Made by a program: the position numbers and the translations under genes. DNA of 54,418 nucleotides from an uncultured bacterium (lineage in GTDB: Bacteria; Margulisbacteria; WOR-1; JAKLHX01; JBAZKV01), in assembly GCA_964443545.1 (NCBI GenBank), contig CAYUCV010000006.1, positions 1 through 54,418 of the forward strand. Reading direction: 5' to 3'. Position 1 is the stretch's first letter. Each line of letters begins with the position of its first letter. Under the pieces are notes generated by a model. That model did no database searches, was not told where the DNA came from, and saw only the letters and a program-made list of their open reading frames with translations. Positions 1 through 13,568 of the stretch are shown in pieces.

Positions 1-1743
1 GTCATCGGCCAGCCGGATATGACCAGCAATTCGGCAAATCAAACTACCACGTGGACAAGATCAAATACAATGGCCCAGCCTCGCTTTGTGGCGTTTGCCG
101 GGTCAAAGATGCTCGTTTCGGAGTACACCAACAACCGCGTCTTGATCTACAATTCCATTCCGACGGGCAATAACGCGGCTGCCGATCTTGTTATCGGCCA
201 GCCCGGTATGACAACAGGAGAAGCAAATAACGGCGGGGTTTCCGCGTCAAGCCTTTCATGGCCCGAAGCGATATGCTGCGCGGCGGGTAAGCTGTTTGTT
301 TGCGATAGGCTCAACAACCGTGTCCTTATTTTTAATTCGCTTCCATCCGCGAACCATGCTGCTGCCGACGTTGTGATCGGTCAGGCGGACATGAACTCCA
401 ATTTGATCAATGCAGGTCTTGGCGCGTCAAGCTGCGCCGCAAATACGTTGTATACTCCATCAGGTCTCTACTGTGACGGGACAAGGTTGTTTATCGCGGA
501 TATCAATAACAACAGGGTCCTGATCTTTAACACGATCCCATCCGCCAACAACGCTTCCGCGGATATTGTGATCGGCCAGCCCGATATGACCTCTAACACT
601 GCCAATAACGGCGGATTATCCGCAAAAAGCTTATATACTCCGACCGATGTGTTTTTTGATGGGACCAAACTATTCATAGCGGATTACCGTAACAATCGGA
701 TCCTAATATATAATTCACTGCCCACAGGCAATAACTCTCCAGCTGATCTTGTGATCGGCCAGCCTGATATGACCTCAAATTCTGGTAATCAGGGCGGAGC
801 TGCTTCTTCGAGAACATTATTACATCCCGCATTTTTGTGGATTGACGGTTCAAGAATATTTATTTCGGATGAGAGTAATCACAGAGTACTGATCTATAAC
901 AACATACCCGCAGGCAACAATCCGGATGCTGATATTGTAGTTGGACAGCCTGATATGATCTCCACATCGATCAACCAGAACAATAATCTTTCCGCGTCCA
1001 CGATTAATTATCCAACAGGGGTAAGCGTCAATGATAGCAAGCTTTTTGTGTGTGATTCCGAAAACAACCGCGTCCTCATCTACGACCTGAACACCACCAA
1101 ACCCGTTATCTCTGATGTCAAGATAAACGAGGCAGGAGTGGTGTCAGGAGACACAATAAACTCTATCCCGACAATTAAAGCAAAACTATCAGGGTCAGAT
1201 ACTGTTGGAGGAGTGTATATAGATAATCTTAAGATAACCCTTGGCTCAACATTGTATACATATGCCTCATTTGATGCTTCTACCGATTCATACAATTCAA
1301 CCACAGGGGTATTCACCTTTAAGACCAAGAACGAACTGGTTCCGGGCAAGTATGATCTAAAGATAGAGGTATCTGATTATCTTGGTAACTGGGCAACATA
1401 TGAGGCAACCGACCTTGAGGTAAGAGCAGGGTCTGAGGCAGAGATAATAGGGACGCCGCTCAACTATCCTAATCCATTCAATACAACAACAGGAGCAACA
1501 AAGATAACATATAACCTTACAGTGGACAGCAATATACTGGTCTATATCTTTGATGTAAGAGGAGCGCTGGTGTGGAAGAGGAGCTATACAACCGGAAGTA
1601 TGGGAGGCAAGGCTGGGTATAACGAGGTTGAATGGGACGGCAAGGATGACTTTGGCAGTACAGTCGGAAATGGGATATACCCGTTCAGGATCGTTGCAGG
1701 GGCTAGAGTATTGGGACGGGGGAAGATAGCGGTGCTGGACTAA
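1..1743 (+). CDS. NHL-type beta-propeller repeat protein with C-terminal FlgD-Ig/T9SS-sorting-like domain (5' partial)
   Basis: Frame 1 is open from base 1 (VIGQPDMTSN precedes the ATG at 19), so the N-terminus lies outside the window. At least 6 units of ~61-65 aa carry NNRVLI(Y/F)N-IP-GNN-AD-VIGQPDM, with DNA copies near 1, 190, 373, 568, 751 and 937. The C-terminus has NYPNPFN...VYIFDVRG...EWDGKDDFG...GIYPF. Confidence 0.8.
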   Translation, partial: VIGQPDMTSNSANQTTTWTRSNTMAQPRFVAFAGSKMLVSEYTNNRVLIYNSIPTGNNAAADLVIGQPGMTTGEANNGGVSASSLSWPEAICCAAGKLFVCDRLNNRVLIFNSLPSANHAAADVVIGQADMNSNLINAGLGASSCAANTLYTPSGLYCDGTRLFIADINNNRVLIFNTIPSANNASADIVIGQPDMTSNTANNGGLSAKSLYTPTDVFFDGTKLFIADYRNNRILIYNSLPTGNNSPADLVIGQPDMTSNSGNQGGAASSRTLLHPAFLWIDGSRIFISDESNHRVLIYNNIPAGNNPDADIVVGQPDMISTSINQNNNLSASTINYPTGVSVNDSKLFVCDSENNRVLIYDLNTTKPVISDVKINEAGVVSGDTINSIPTIKAKLSGSDTVGGVYIDNLKITLGSTLYTYASFDASTDSYNSTTGVFTFKTKNELVPGKYDLKIEVSDYLGNWATYEATDLEVRAGSEAEIIGTPLNYPNPFNTTTGATKITYNLTVDSNILVYIFDVRGALVWKRSYTTGSMGGKAGYNEVEWDGKDDFGSTVGNGIYPFRIVAGARVLGRGKIAVLD

Positions 1744-1750
1744 AAGCCTA

Positions 1751-1779
1751 TTGACAAGCTAGTTCCGCGGATGTAAAAT
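1751..1779 (+). promoter_or_regulatory. sigma70-like promoter (TTGACA-17 nt-TAAAAT) upstream of rpmG
   Basis: TTGACA at 1751-1756, a 17-nt spacer, TAAAAT at 1774-1779. It sits in the only sizeable gap before the ribosomal array. Confidence 0.5.
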
Positions 1780-1894
1780 AAAAGTGTTCTGAAAAAGGAC
1801 CGACCTCGCAGAATTTCCAAAGTTTTTGGAAGCGGAGGATATTTGTGCGCGGGGTATTTTTGTCTTTGATAAAGAAGGAATGTGAGCCAAAGTC

Positions 1895-2047
1895 ATGAGA
1901 GAAATAATCACACTGTCGTGCGGGACCTGCAAACGGAAAAACTACGCCTCAACCAGGAACAAAAAACCGGGCTCGGAAAAATTAAGCATAAAGAAGTACT
2001 GTCCGTCGTGCAGAAAAAGGACTTTGCACAAGGAAGAGAAATCGTAA
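1895..2047 (+). CDS. rpmG: 50S ribosomal protein L33 (zinc-ribbon C+ form)
   Basis: Hand translation from the ATG at 1895 gives MREIITLSCGTCKRKNYASTRNKKPGSEKLSIKKYCPSCRKRTLHKEEKS*. It is below the ORF-track size cutoff. It has two CxxC pairs and sits in the canonical position before secE. Confidence 0.9.
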   Translation: MREIITLSCGTCKRKNYASTRNKKPGSEKLSIKKYCPSCRKRTLHKEEKS

Positions 2048-2101
2048 GACAGGTGGTTTGGGATTTGGAGAATTGGATTTGTGATTTCCCGCCGCGATTA
2101 A

Positions 2102-2174
<73 letters not shown>

Positions 2175-2186
2175 TCCGGAAATAGA

Positions 2187-2408
2187 ATGAATAAGATAAA
2201 AGAGATAGCGGAAGCGGTAAAGAAATATTTAAAGGAGACCGAGGCGGAAGCAAAGAAAGTCGTCTGGCCGGACCGCAGGTATGTTACAACGGCGACCGTG
2301 ATAATACTTGTGATAGTGGCTTTGTCGGCGGTCTTCATAACTCTGGTCGATGTTTCGTTCGTCAAGATCTTTAAATTCTTGACCGACAATATAAATATAA
2401 GGTTGTGA
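2187..2408 (+). CDS. secE: preprotein translocase subunit SecE
   Basis: The internal ATG at 2187 lies after the tRNA; the track ORF start at 2148 overlaps the tRNA. The product MNKIKEIAEAVKKYLKETEAEAKKVVWPDRR is followed by a single TM helix. It sits in the canonical slot before nusG. Confidence 0.85.
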   Translation: MNKIKEIAEAVKKYLKETEAEAKKVVWPDRRYVTTATVIILVIVALSAVFITLVDVSFVKIFKFLTDNINIRL

Positions 2409-3184
2409 GCATGGAAGAGAATTTGGCCGGAGCAGAAATAGAACAAACTGGGACTGCTGAGCAGCAGGCTCAGGTTCCGGAGGCTCCGGTGACCCCCGAA
2501 CAGGGTCCCGTGCAGGAGGCTTCTGCCCCTGCCGTAGAAGAGGCCCCTGTCGAAACTGCGGCAGCTCAAGCCCAGGAGCCCGAAGCCGAGTCTAAGCCTT
2601 CCGAGGCTGGGGCTCCGGCGGCTGAAACGCCTGTTACTGAAGAGCCTAAACCGGTTCAGGAGCCAAAGTGGTATATCGTTCAGACCCTTACCGGGATGGA
2701 GGACAGGGTAAAGGCCAAGATAGAAAATGAGATACAGACCCGCGGCTGGAGCGGCAAAGTGTTCAGGGTCCTGGTCCCGGAAGAAGAGACGGTGGAAGTA
2801 AAGGGCGACAAAAGGGTGGTCCGCAAAAGAAAGATGTACCCGGGCTACGTTTTTGTCGAGATGATCATGGACGAGGAAGTGTGGTTCGAAATTAGGCAGA
2901 CCCAGGGAGTGGCAAGGTTCATCGGCGGAAAGATCCACCCGGTCCCTGTTACGGACAGAGAGATGCAGAGGGTTTTAAAGCAGATAGGCATCAAGGAAAA
3001 AGAGGTCACCGTCGAGTTCGAGGTGGGAGAGCCGATAAGGATAATCAGCGGCTCCTTTAGGGGATACACGGGTTCGGTTTCCGAAATAAATGCGGGCAAG
3101 TCCAAATTGAAGGCGATGATAAACATCTTTGGAAGGGACACTTCGGTCGAGGTCGATTTTGACCGGGTGGAAAAAATAATATAA
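2405..3184 (+). CDS. nusG: transcription termination/antitermination factor NusG with ~87-aa acidic Pro/Glu/Ala-rich N-terminal extension
   Basis: The NGN domain starts at [16 protein letters not shown]. The KOW motif is [18 protein letters not shown]. The start is GTG 2405 (GTGA overlap with secE) or ATG 2411. Confidence 0.93.
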   Translation: MSMEENLAGAEIEQTGTAEQQAQVPEAPVTPEQGPVQEASAPAVEEAPVETAAAQAQEPEAESKPSEAGAPAAETPVTEEPKPVQEPKWYIVQTLTGMEDRVKAKIENEIQTRGWSGKVFRVLVPEEETVEVKGDKRVVRKRKMYPGYVFVEMIMDEEVWFEIRQTQGVARFIGGKIHPVPVTDREMQRVLKQIGIKEKEVTVEFEVGEPIRIISGSFRGYTGSVSEINAGKSKLKAMINIFGRDTSVEVDFDRVEKII

Positions 3185-3186
3185 AA

Positions 3187-3612
3187 ATGGCAAAAGCTCT
3201 TAAGACAAAAGTAAAACTCCAGATACAGGCCGGCAAAGCTAATCCGGCCCCTCCGATAGGCCCGGCCCTTGGGCAGCACGGTGTCAACATTATGGAATTC
3301 TGCAAGGCATATAATGCTCAGACCCAGGACAAAGGGGATATGACCATCCCTGTAGAGATATCCATATACGAGGACAGGTCCTTTACCTTTGTCCTCAAGA
3401 CCCCCCCGGCATCTACCCTGCTCACAAAAGCGGCAGGAGTGGAAAAAGGCTCCGGGGAACCCAACAGGAACAAGGTCGGGTCCGTAACAAAAAAACAGGT
3501 CGAGGAGATAGCGCAGATCAAACTGCCGGACCTAAATGCCCGGGACATAGAGGCTGCCAGCAGGATAATCGAGGGAACGGCAAGAAATATGGGAATAGAG
3601 ATAAAAGGATGA
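3187..3612 (+). CDS. rplK: 50S ribosomal protein L11
   Basis: [34 protein letters not shown] signature. Confidence 0.97.
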   Translation: MAKALKTKVKLQIQAGKANPAPPIGPALGQHGVNIMEFCKAYNAQTQDKGDMTIPVEISIYEDRSFTFVLKTPPASTLLTKAAGVEKGSGEPNRNKVGSVTKKQVEEIAQIKLPDLNARDIEAASRIIEGTARNMGIEIKG

Positions 3613-4319
3613 AAACAGGAAAAAAGTATGCCGAAAAAGCAAAGCTTGTTGACAGGAACGCCCTATACATTATAGAGGAAGCGGTTGAACTGCTCAAAAA
3701 GACCGCCCCGGCAAAATTTGACGAGACCATAGACTTTTCGATAAGGCTGGGGATAGATCCCAAAAAGACCGACCAGAATGTGAGAGGAACGGTAGCTCTT
3801 CCCGGAGGAACAGGTAAAAAGGTGACGCTGGCAGTTCTTGCAAAGGGCGAAAAGTATAAAGAAGCCCAGGAGGCAGGCGCCGACCATGTGGGAATGGATG
3901 ACCTGGTGGAAAAAATAATGGGCGGCTGGACAGAATTTGATCTTCTTCTTGCAACCCCGGATGTTATGGCCTCTGTAGGCAAGCTCGGCAAAGTCCTTGG
4001 CAAAAAAGGACTTATGCCTAATCCCAAGGCCGGTACCGTTACAAATGATATTTCAAAAGCCGTCAAGGATTTTAAGGCGGGCAAAGTAGAGTTCAAACCC
4101 GACAAATCCGCCGTGATCCACCTCGGGATCGGCAAAGTGTCTTTTGACGCAAAGGCGATATCCTCAAATATCATGGCAGTATTGGAAGCCGTTAACAAAG
4201 CCAGGCCCAGCGCTTTCAAGGGCCTGTATTTTAAGTCGGCTTATATCTCTTCTACCATGGGGCCGTCAATTAAACTCAATGTGCAAAAGGCGCTTAAGAG
4301 CGCACAGGAGGCTGACTGA
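3609..4319 (+). CDS. rplA: 50S ribosomal protein L1
   Basis: ATGA overlap with rplK. Contains [34 protein letters not shown]. Confidence 0.97.
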   Translation: MKTGKKYAEKAKLVDRNALYIIEEAVELLKKTAPAKFDETIDFSIRLGIDPKKTDQNVRGTVALPGGTGKKVTLAVLAKGEKYKEAQEAGADHVGMDDLVEKIMGGWTEFDLLLATPDVMASVGKLGKVLGKKGLMPNPKAGTVTNDISKAVKDFKAGKVEFKPDKSAVIHLGIGKVSFDAKAISSNIMAVLEAVNKARPSAFKGLYFKSAYISSTMGPSIKLNVQKALKSAQEAD

Positions 4320-4321
4320 TC

Positions 4322-4870
4322 ATGATCAAGGAAGCAAAAAAGGCTGTTAAGGAGCCGAGGCCCGAAAAGGTATCCGCAGTGGCCGAGATCAAGGAAAGCA
4401 TAAGCAAAAGCAGCATAATAGTTTTTACGGACCACAATGCTCTTACCGTGGCGCAGATGACCAAGTTGCGCAACGAACTCTGGAAAGAAAAGGCGGTCTA
4501 TAAGGTAGTAAAGAACACTTTGGCGGAGCGATCCTTTGAAGGCGATAATCTTGAAAAGATAAGGCCGATACTTGCGGGCCCGACATCAGTTATTTTTGGC
4601 TATGGGGACCCTGTTCAGCCGGCAAAGATACTTTCCAAATTCCTGAAAGAGAACGAAAAGCCCGCGGTCAAAGGGGCCGTCATGGAAGGCAGATTTGTCG
4701 ATGCCTCTATGGTCAAAAAGATAGCAGCTCTTCCCGGAAGGGAAACACTGATCGCAATGGCCCTTGCGGGCATGAAGAGCCCGATAAGCGGCTTTGTGAA
4801 TGTATTGTCCGGGCCCATGAGAAAACTGGTCTATACGCTTGATGCTATTTCAAAAAAGAAGGGAGGCTGA
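4322..4870 (+). CDS. rplJ: 50S ribosomal protein L10
   Basis: Position and sequence (VFTDHNALTVAQMTKLRNELWKE). Confidence 0.95.
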   Translation: MIKEAKKAVKEPRPEKVSAVAEIKESISKSSIIVFTDHNALTVAQMTKLRNELWKEKAVYKVVKNTLAERSFEGDNLEKIRPILAGPTSVIFGYGDPVQPAKILSKFLKENEKPAVKGAVMEGRFVDASMVKKIAALPGRETLIAMALAGMKSPISGFVNVLSGPMRKLVYTLDAISKKKGG

Positions 4871-4875
4871 GTTAA

Positions 4876-5233
4876 GTGGCTAATTTAGAGGAGATGATGA
4901 CGACGATCGAAGGGATGACTGTGCTGGAGCTTTCCGACCTGGTCAAAAAGCTGGAAGAAAAGTTCGGCGTAACGGCAGCGGCTCCGGTAGCGGTCATGGG
5001 AGCGGCAGCAGCAGCGGGCCCGGCCGAAGAAGCCAAGGACGAAGTTGACGTTATCCTTACTTCCGTAGGGGACAAGAAGATCCAGATACTGAAAGTTGTA
5101 AGAGAGCTGACAGGCCTGGGTCTAAAGGAAGCAAAGGACATAGTTGATACCGTGCCGAAACCGGTCAAGACCAAGATCAAGAAGGCCGAAGCGGAAGAGA
5201 TCAAGAAAAAGCTCGAAGAGCAGGGAGGCGCAG

Positions 5234-5247
<14 letters not shown>
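4876..5247 (+). CDS. rplL: 50S ribosomal protein L7/L12
   Basis: GTG start preceded by GGGAGG. Contains [19 protein letters not shown], an Ala-rich hinge, and LKEAKDIVD...[17 protein letters not shown]. Confidence 0.96.
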
Positions 5248-8514
<3,267 letters not shown>

Positions 8515-8518
<4 letters not shown>

Positions 8519-11500
8519 CCGAAAAGACACATCGTCCGGAAGGCGCGTGGTTCGACTACCTTAAGATAGGGCTTGTTTCTACCGAAAGGATACTTTCCTG
8601 GTCCTATGGAGAGGTCGAAAAACCGGAGACCATCAATTACCGGACCTTTAAGCCCGAAAGAAAAGGACTTTTCTGCGAAAAGATCTTTGGCCCGGTCAAA
8701 GACTGGGAATGCCACTGCGGCAGATACCGCAGGGTGAGATATAGGGGCATCATCTGCGAAAGATGCGGGGTCGAAGTGACCACTTCAAGGGTCCGTAGGG
8801 AAAGAATGGGGCACATTAGGCTCTGCGTGCCGGTTTCCCATGTCTGGTTCCTTCGCGGCATCCCGGGCTATGTGGGACTGCTTCTTGACATAACCAACAA
8901 AGACCTCGAAGAGGTCATATACTACGACTCCTATGTGGTGACGGAGATATCGGACTCTCTAAAGACAAAGCTTGCGGTAGGAGATGTGCTTAAAGAGAAC
9001 GAATACCAGGACCTGAAAGAAAAGTACGGCAGCGCGCTTAAGGCCGAGACAGGGGCCAAACCCATAAGGGAGCTTCTATCTCAGATAGATCTTTCGGCGC
9101 TTGTAAAGACGCTCAGGAAAGACCTTAAAGGATCTGCCGGGCAAAAAAGGATCAAGATAATCAAGAGGCTGCGCACCGCGGAAAACTTCCTTAAATCAGG
9201 CAACAGGCCGGAGTGGATGATCCTGGAAGTGATCCCGGTAATGCCGCCGGACCTGCGTCCCATGGTCCAGCTGGAGGGCGGACGTTTTGCAACATCGGAC
9301 CTGAACGACCTTTACAGAAGGGTCCTCAACAGGAACAACAGGCTAAAAAAGATGATCGCGATGGGCGCTCCCGAGATGATCATCCGCAACGAAAAGAGGA
9401 TGCTGCAGGAAGCCGTGGATGTCCTTATTGACAACGGCAGAAGAAAAAGAGCGGTCACAGGAACAACGGGAAGACCTCTCAAGTCTCTTACAGATATAAT
9501 AGAAGGCAAGCAGGGCAGGTTCAGGCAGAACCTGCTTGGAAAGCGCGCCGATTATTCCGGAAGATCGGTCATCGTGGTCGGACCATCCCTAAAGATGCAC
9601 CAGTGCGGCCTTCCCAAAGAGATGGCGCTGGAACTCTTCAAACCTTTTGTTATCCGTAAACTGGTGGAAAAAGGCCTTTCTCAAAATGTAAAGAGCGCAA
9701 AGAGACAGCTCGAGAGAAAAGACATCGTTGTCTTGGACATCCTTGAAGAAGTTATTAAAGGCCATGTGGTAATGCTTAACAGGGCGCCCACACTTCACAG
9801 GCTGGGCATCCAGGCCTTTGAGCCGATACTAGTAGAAGGTAAAGCGATCCAGATACATCCTTTGGTCTGCACCGCTTTTAATGCTGACTTTGACGGTGAC
9901 CAGATGGCGGTCCATGTTCCTCTGCTGACCGAGGCGCAGGTAGAAGCCAAAGTCCTGATGCTGTCCGCCAACAACCTGCTTTCGCCGGCGTCCGGCAGGC
10001 CTATAGTTACCCCTACTCAGGACATCATCCTGGGGACCTATTACATGACCTTTATTGACGAGAACCAGCCAAGAGGCGCAGGGATGGTTTTTGCCTCAGA
10101 AGATGAGGCAATGATCGCCCATGATACGGATGTCATCCATCTCCACGCAAAGATCAAGGTAAGGATGGATGGAGAGCTTATCGAAACTACGGTCGGAAGG
10201 ATCAAGTTCAACCACACGATGAGAAGGGCGATCAAGAGGCAGCTGCCGGAAGCCGAACTCAACTACCGCAACGAGAACTTTGATAAGAAAAAAGTTGAGC
10301 AGTTCGTAAAAGAGTGCTATGTCAAGTACGGCTCTGCGGTCACGGCTCAGATAGCCGATGAGATAAAGCGGCTCGGCTTTAAATATGCAACTCTTGCGGG
10401 CATTTCGATAGGTCTTGACGATCTCGTTATTCCAAAAGAAAAACGTCAGATCGTATCAAAGGCCGAATCCGAAGTGGAACAGCTCGAAAAAATGGAAAAG
10501 AGCGGGACCATCTCTTCCAAGGAGCAGTTCATAAAAGCTCTGGACATCTGGAGCGAAGTTACCTCAAATGTCACACAGGCGCTCCTCAATGAATTTGACA
10601 AGCTCAATTCCGTTTATCTTATGTCGATCTCAGGAGCAAGAGGTTCGCTTGACCAGGTAAGACAGCTTTCCGGTATAAGGGGCCTTATGGCGGACCCGTC
10701 CGGCAACATCATCTCTATTCCGATCAAGACCAACTTCAAAGAAGGCCTTAGCGTGACCGAGTACTTTATCTCCTGTTACGGAGCAAGGAAAGGCCTTGTG
10801 GATACCGCTCTTAGAACGGCCGATTCCGGATATCTCACAAGAAGATTGGTGGATGTTACCCAGGATGTAATGATAATAGAGGATGACTGCGGGGCCAAGA
10901 AAGGCCTGGTGATCACTCCGATAAAAGAAGGCTATGAAGAAATAGTTCCGATATCCGCCAGGATAGTTTCTAGGGTCGCCGCAAAAAGGATAAGCGATCC
11001 GATAACCAACAAGGTCATTGTAGATGCGGGAGAGGAAATAGAAGAAGGGACCGCAAAGCAGATCTCGGAAGCCGGCATAGAATCGGTAGAGGTCCGCTCC
11101 CCGCTTACCTGTAAGTGCAAGAGAGGCATATGTAAGGCCTGCTACGGCAAAAACCTGTCCACCGGTCTTCTCATCAATACCGGCGAGGCGGTCGGCGTTA
11201 TCGCCGCCCAGTCGATAGGAGAACCGGGCACTCAGTTGACCATGAGAACGTTCCATATAGGAGGCGTGGCTCTGCACAAGACCGCAAAGATCGGTATTAA
11301 GGCTAAGCACCCGGGCAAAGTTAAATGGGGCGAGGAACTTGAGGTAAAGCCTTTTGCGGATGATCACGGCGTCAAAGTCAATCTAGTGACCAGAGAGTCG
11401 AAGGTCACTGTCAAGGTAAAAGAAAGAGAAGAGGAATACCCGATCCCGGTCGGCTCGGTAATGAAGCTTACCGACGGCAGCCATGCTTCTGCCGGCAGCG

Positions 11501-12669
11501 TTATCGCCGAATACGACCCGACCTACGACTATATAATCGCGACTTCCGAAGGAAGGGTCAGGATAATCGATATCGACACTTTTGAGAGGAAGAAAAAGAC
11601 CGGCGAAAAAACGCTCGTTGAAACCGTGACAAAGAACGACGGGATGATCTTTGTCTATAACCCCAAGATGATAAAGGAATACGAAATACCAAAAGGCATA
11701 AAACCTTTTGTCAAATTCGGGGACCCCGTCAAGCTGGGAACGGAACTGGCGGCAAATGTCCTTTCAAAGACTCCGGGAGCCGTTATAGACATCGAGGACA
11801 AAGCAAAGCACCACAATGTGATAATAGCTCCGGGGGAATTCTACCAGATACCTTCGGGCTCCAGGATGTTCTTTGACGACGGCCAGGACCTTAAGGCCTA
11901 CGAAGTGATAGCCAAGGTGGAGAGCGTACGCAGAGACCCCAGCAAGACCAGAGATATCATCCAGGGTCTGCCGCGCGTGGAGGAGCTTTTTGAAGGAAGA
12001 CGGCCAAAAGATACAGTCATCCTTTCTGAGATGGACGGAGAGGTGGATGTGATCGATGCCGAAGGCGCAAGGCAGATAGTGATCTACGCAGGAAAGAACG
12101 AGAAGCTAGAATATGTGGTCCCTTATGAGACCAGGCTCCGGGTGGCCAAAGGAGATCATGTGCGAAAGGGTGCTCCGCTTACATTCGGCACAATAAATCC
12201 GCACGATGTGCTGAGGATAGAAGGGGTGGAAGCGGCGCAGAAGCATCTGGTCAACGAGATACAAAAGATCTACAGGGCTCAGGGAGTTACCATACACGAC
12301 AAGCATATAGAGGTAGTGGTGCGCCAGATGACCAAAAAGATCAGGATAGTTGAGTCCGGAGATACCATGCTGCTTCCTGGAGAGCTCAAGGATAAGGCTG
12401 ATTTTGAAACCATCTGCGAGGATGTTAAGGGCGAAAAGCCGACCGCGCAGCAGGTCCTTCTGGGCATAACCAAGGCATCGCTTATCACCAACAGCTTTAT
12501 CTCTGCCGCATCCTTCCAGGAAACGGCAAGGATACTTACGGAAGCGGCAATAGAAGGAAAAGTGGATGAAATGTACGGCCTTAAGGAAAATGTCATCATC
12601 GGAAAACTGATCCCTGCCGGCACCGGTTTTGCCGGGTACAGGTATCTCGAACTGTTGCCTAAGATATAA
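8515..12669 (+). CDS. rpoC: DNA-directed RNA polymerase subunit beta'
   Basis: ATGA overlap with rpoB. Zn-binding [14 protein letters not shown] and catalytic NADFDGDQM. Confidence 0.98.
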
Positions 12670-12685
12670 GAAGGAGAAGGACCAA

Positions 12686-13081
12686 ATGCCGACAATAATG
12701 CAGCTGGTAAGGAAGGGAAGAAAGCAGAGCAAGCAGAAGAGCAAGGCGCCTGCCCTCGGCGGTTCTCCGCTGAAGAGGGGCGTTTGCATAAGGGTCTATA
12801 CCACAACGCCGAAAAAGCCGAACTCCGCCTTAAGAAAAGTTGCCAGGATTCGCCTGGTCAACGGCATGGAGGTAACGGCTTACATTCCGGGAGTGGGACA
12901 TAATCTTCAGGAGCACTCGGTGGTCCTGATAAGAGGCGGAAGGGTCAAGGACCTTCCCGGGGTCAGGTATCACATAGTAAGAGGAACTTTTGATACTGCC
13001 GGAGTTGAGAACAGATTAAAGTCAAGGTCAAAATATGGAGCCAAGAGGCCAAAGGGCCAGGGGAAAGCGGAGGCTAAATAA
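12686..13081 (+). CDS. rpsL: 30S ribosomal protein S12
   Basis: Internal ATG 12686 after [19 protein letters not shown]...[16 protein letters not shown]. Confidence 0.96.
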   Translation: MPTIMQLVRKGRKQSKQKSKAPALGGSPLKRGVCIRVYTTTPKKPNSALRKVARIRLVNGMEVTAYIPGVGHNLQEHSVVLIRGGRVKDLPGVRYHIVRGTFDTAGVENRLKSRSKYGAKRPKGQGKAEAK

Positions 13082-13082
13082 C

Positions 13083-13553
13083 ATGCCGAGAAGAGGAAGG
13101 ATAAGCAAGAGAAAGGGATCTGCAGATCCAAAGTTCGGGAGCCTGATGGTTCAGAAGTTTGTCAACAAACTCATGATCAAGGGCAAAAAAGCCACGGCCG
13201 AAAAGATCTTTTACGGAGCCATGGAACAGGTAGCAAAAAAGAGCTCCCAGGACCCGATGGGCGTATTTGAAAAAGCTCTTAAGAACATCACTCCTTTCAT
13301 GGAGGTCAAGTCCAGAAGGGTGGGAGGCTCCACATATCAGATACCGATAGAGGTCACCAAGGACAGAGGAACTTCTATAGCCATGAAATGGCTCAGGATG
13401 TCGGCACAGGAGCGGCAGGGACGTTCCATGGCAGAAAAGCTGGCCTCTGAGATAATGGACGCTTCTAACGGGACAGGCGGCGCGGCAAAAAAAAGAGAGG
13501 ACCTGCACAAGACCGCAGAGGCCAACAAAGCTTTTGCGCATTTCAGGTGGTAG
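13083..13553 (+). CDS. rpsG: 30S ribosomal protein S7
   Basis: ATG 13083, 1 nt after the rpsL stop. MPRRGRISKRKGSADPKFGS... Confidence 0.96.
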   Translation: MPRRGRISKRKGSADPKFGSLMVQKFVNKLMIKGKKATAEKIFYGAMEQVAKKSSQDPMGVFEKALKNITPFMEVKSRRVGGSTYQIPIEVTKDRGTSIAMKWLRMSAQERQGRSMAEKLASEIMDASNGTGGAAKKREDLHKTAEANKAFAHFRW

Positions 13554-13568
13554 AGGAAAAGGAAGAAG

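Noticed and set aside
2430-2665. Possible tandem DNA repeat in the nusG 5' region
   Set aside because: The composition is biased (GAG/GCC/CCT codons), but I could not find a repeating unit of fixed length. It is treated as a low-complexity coding region, not a repeat array.
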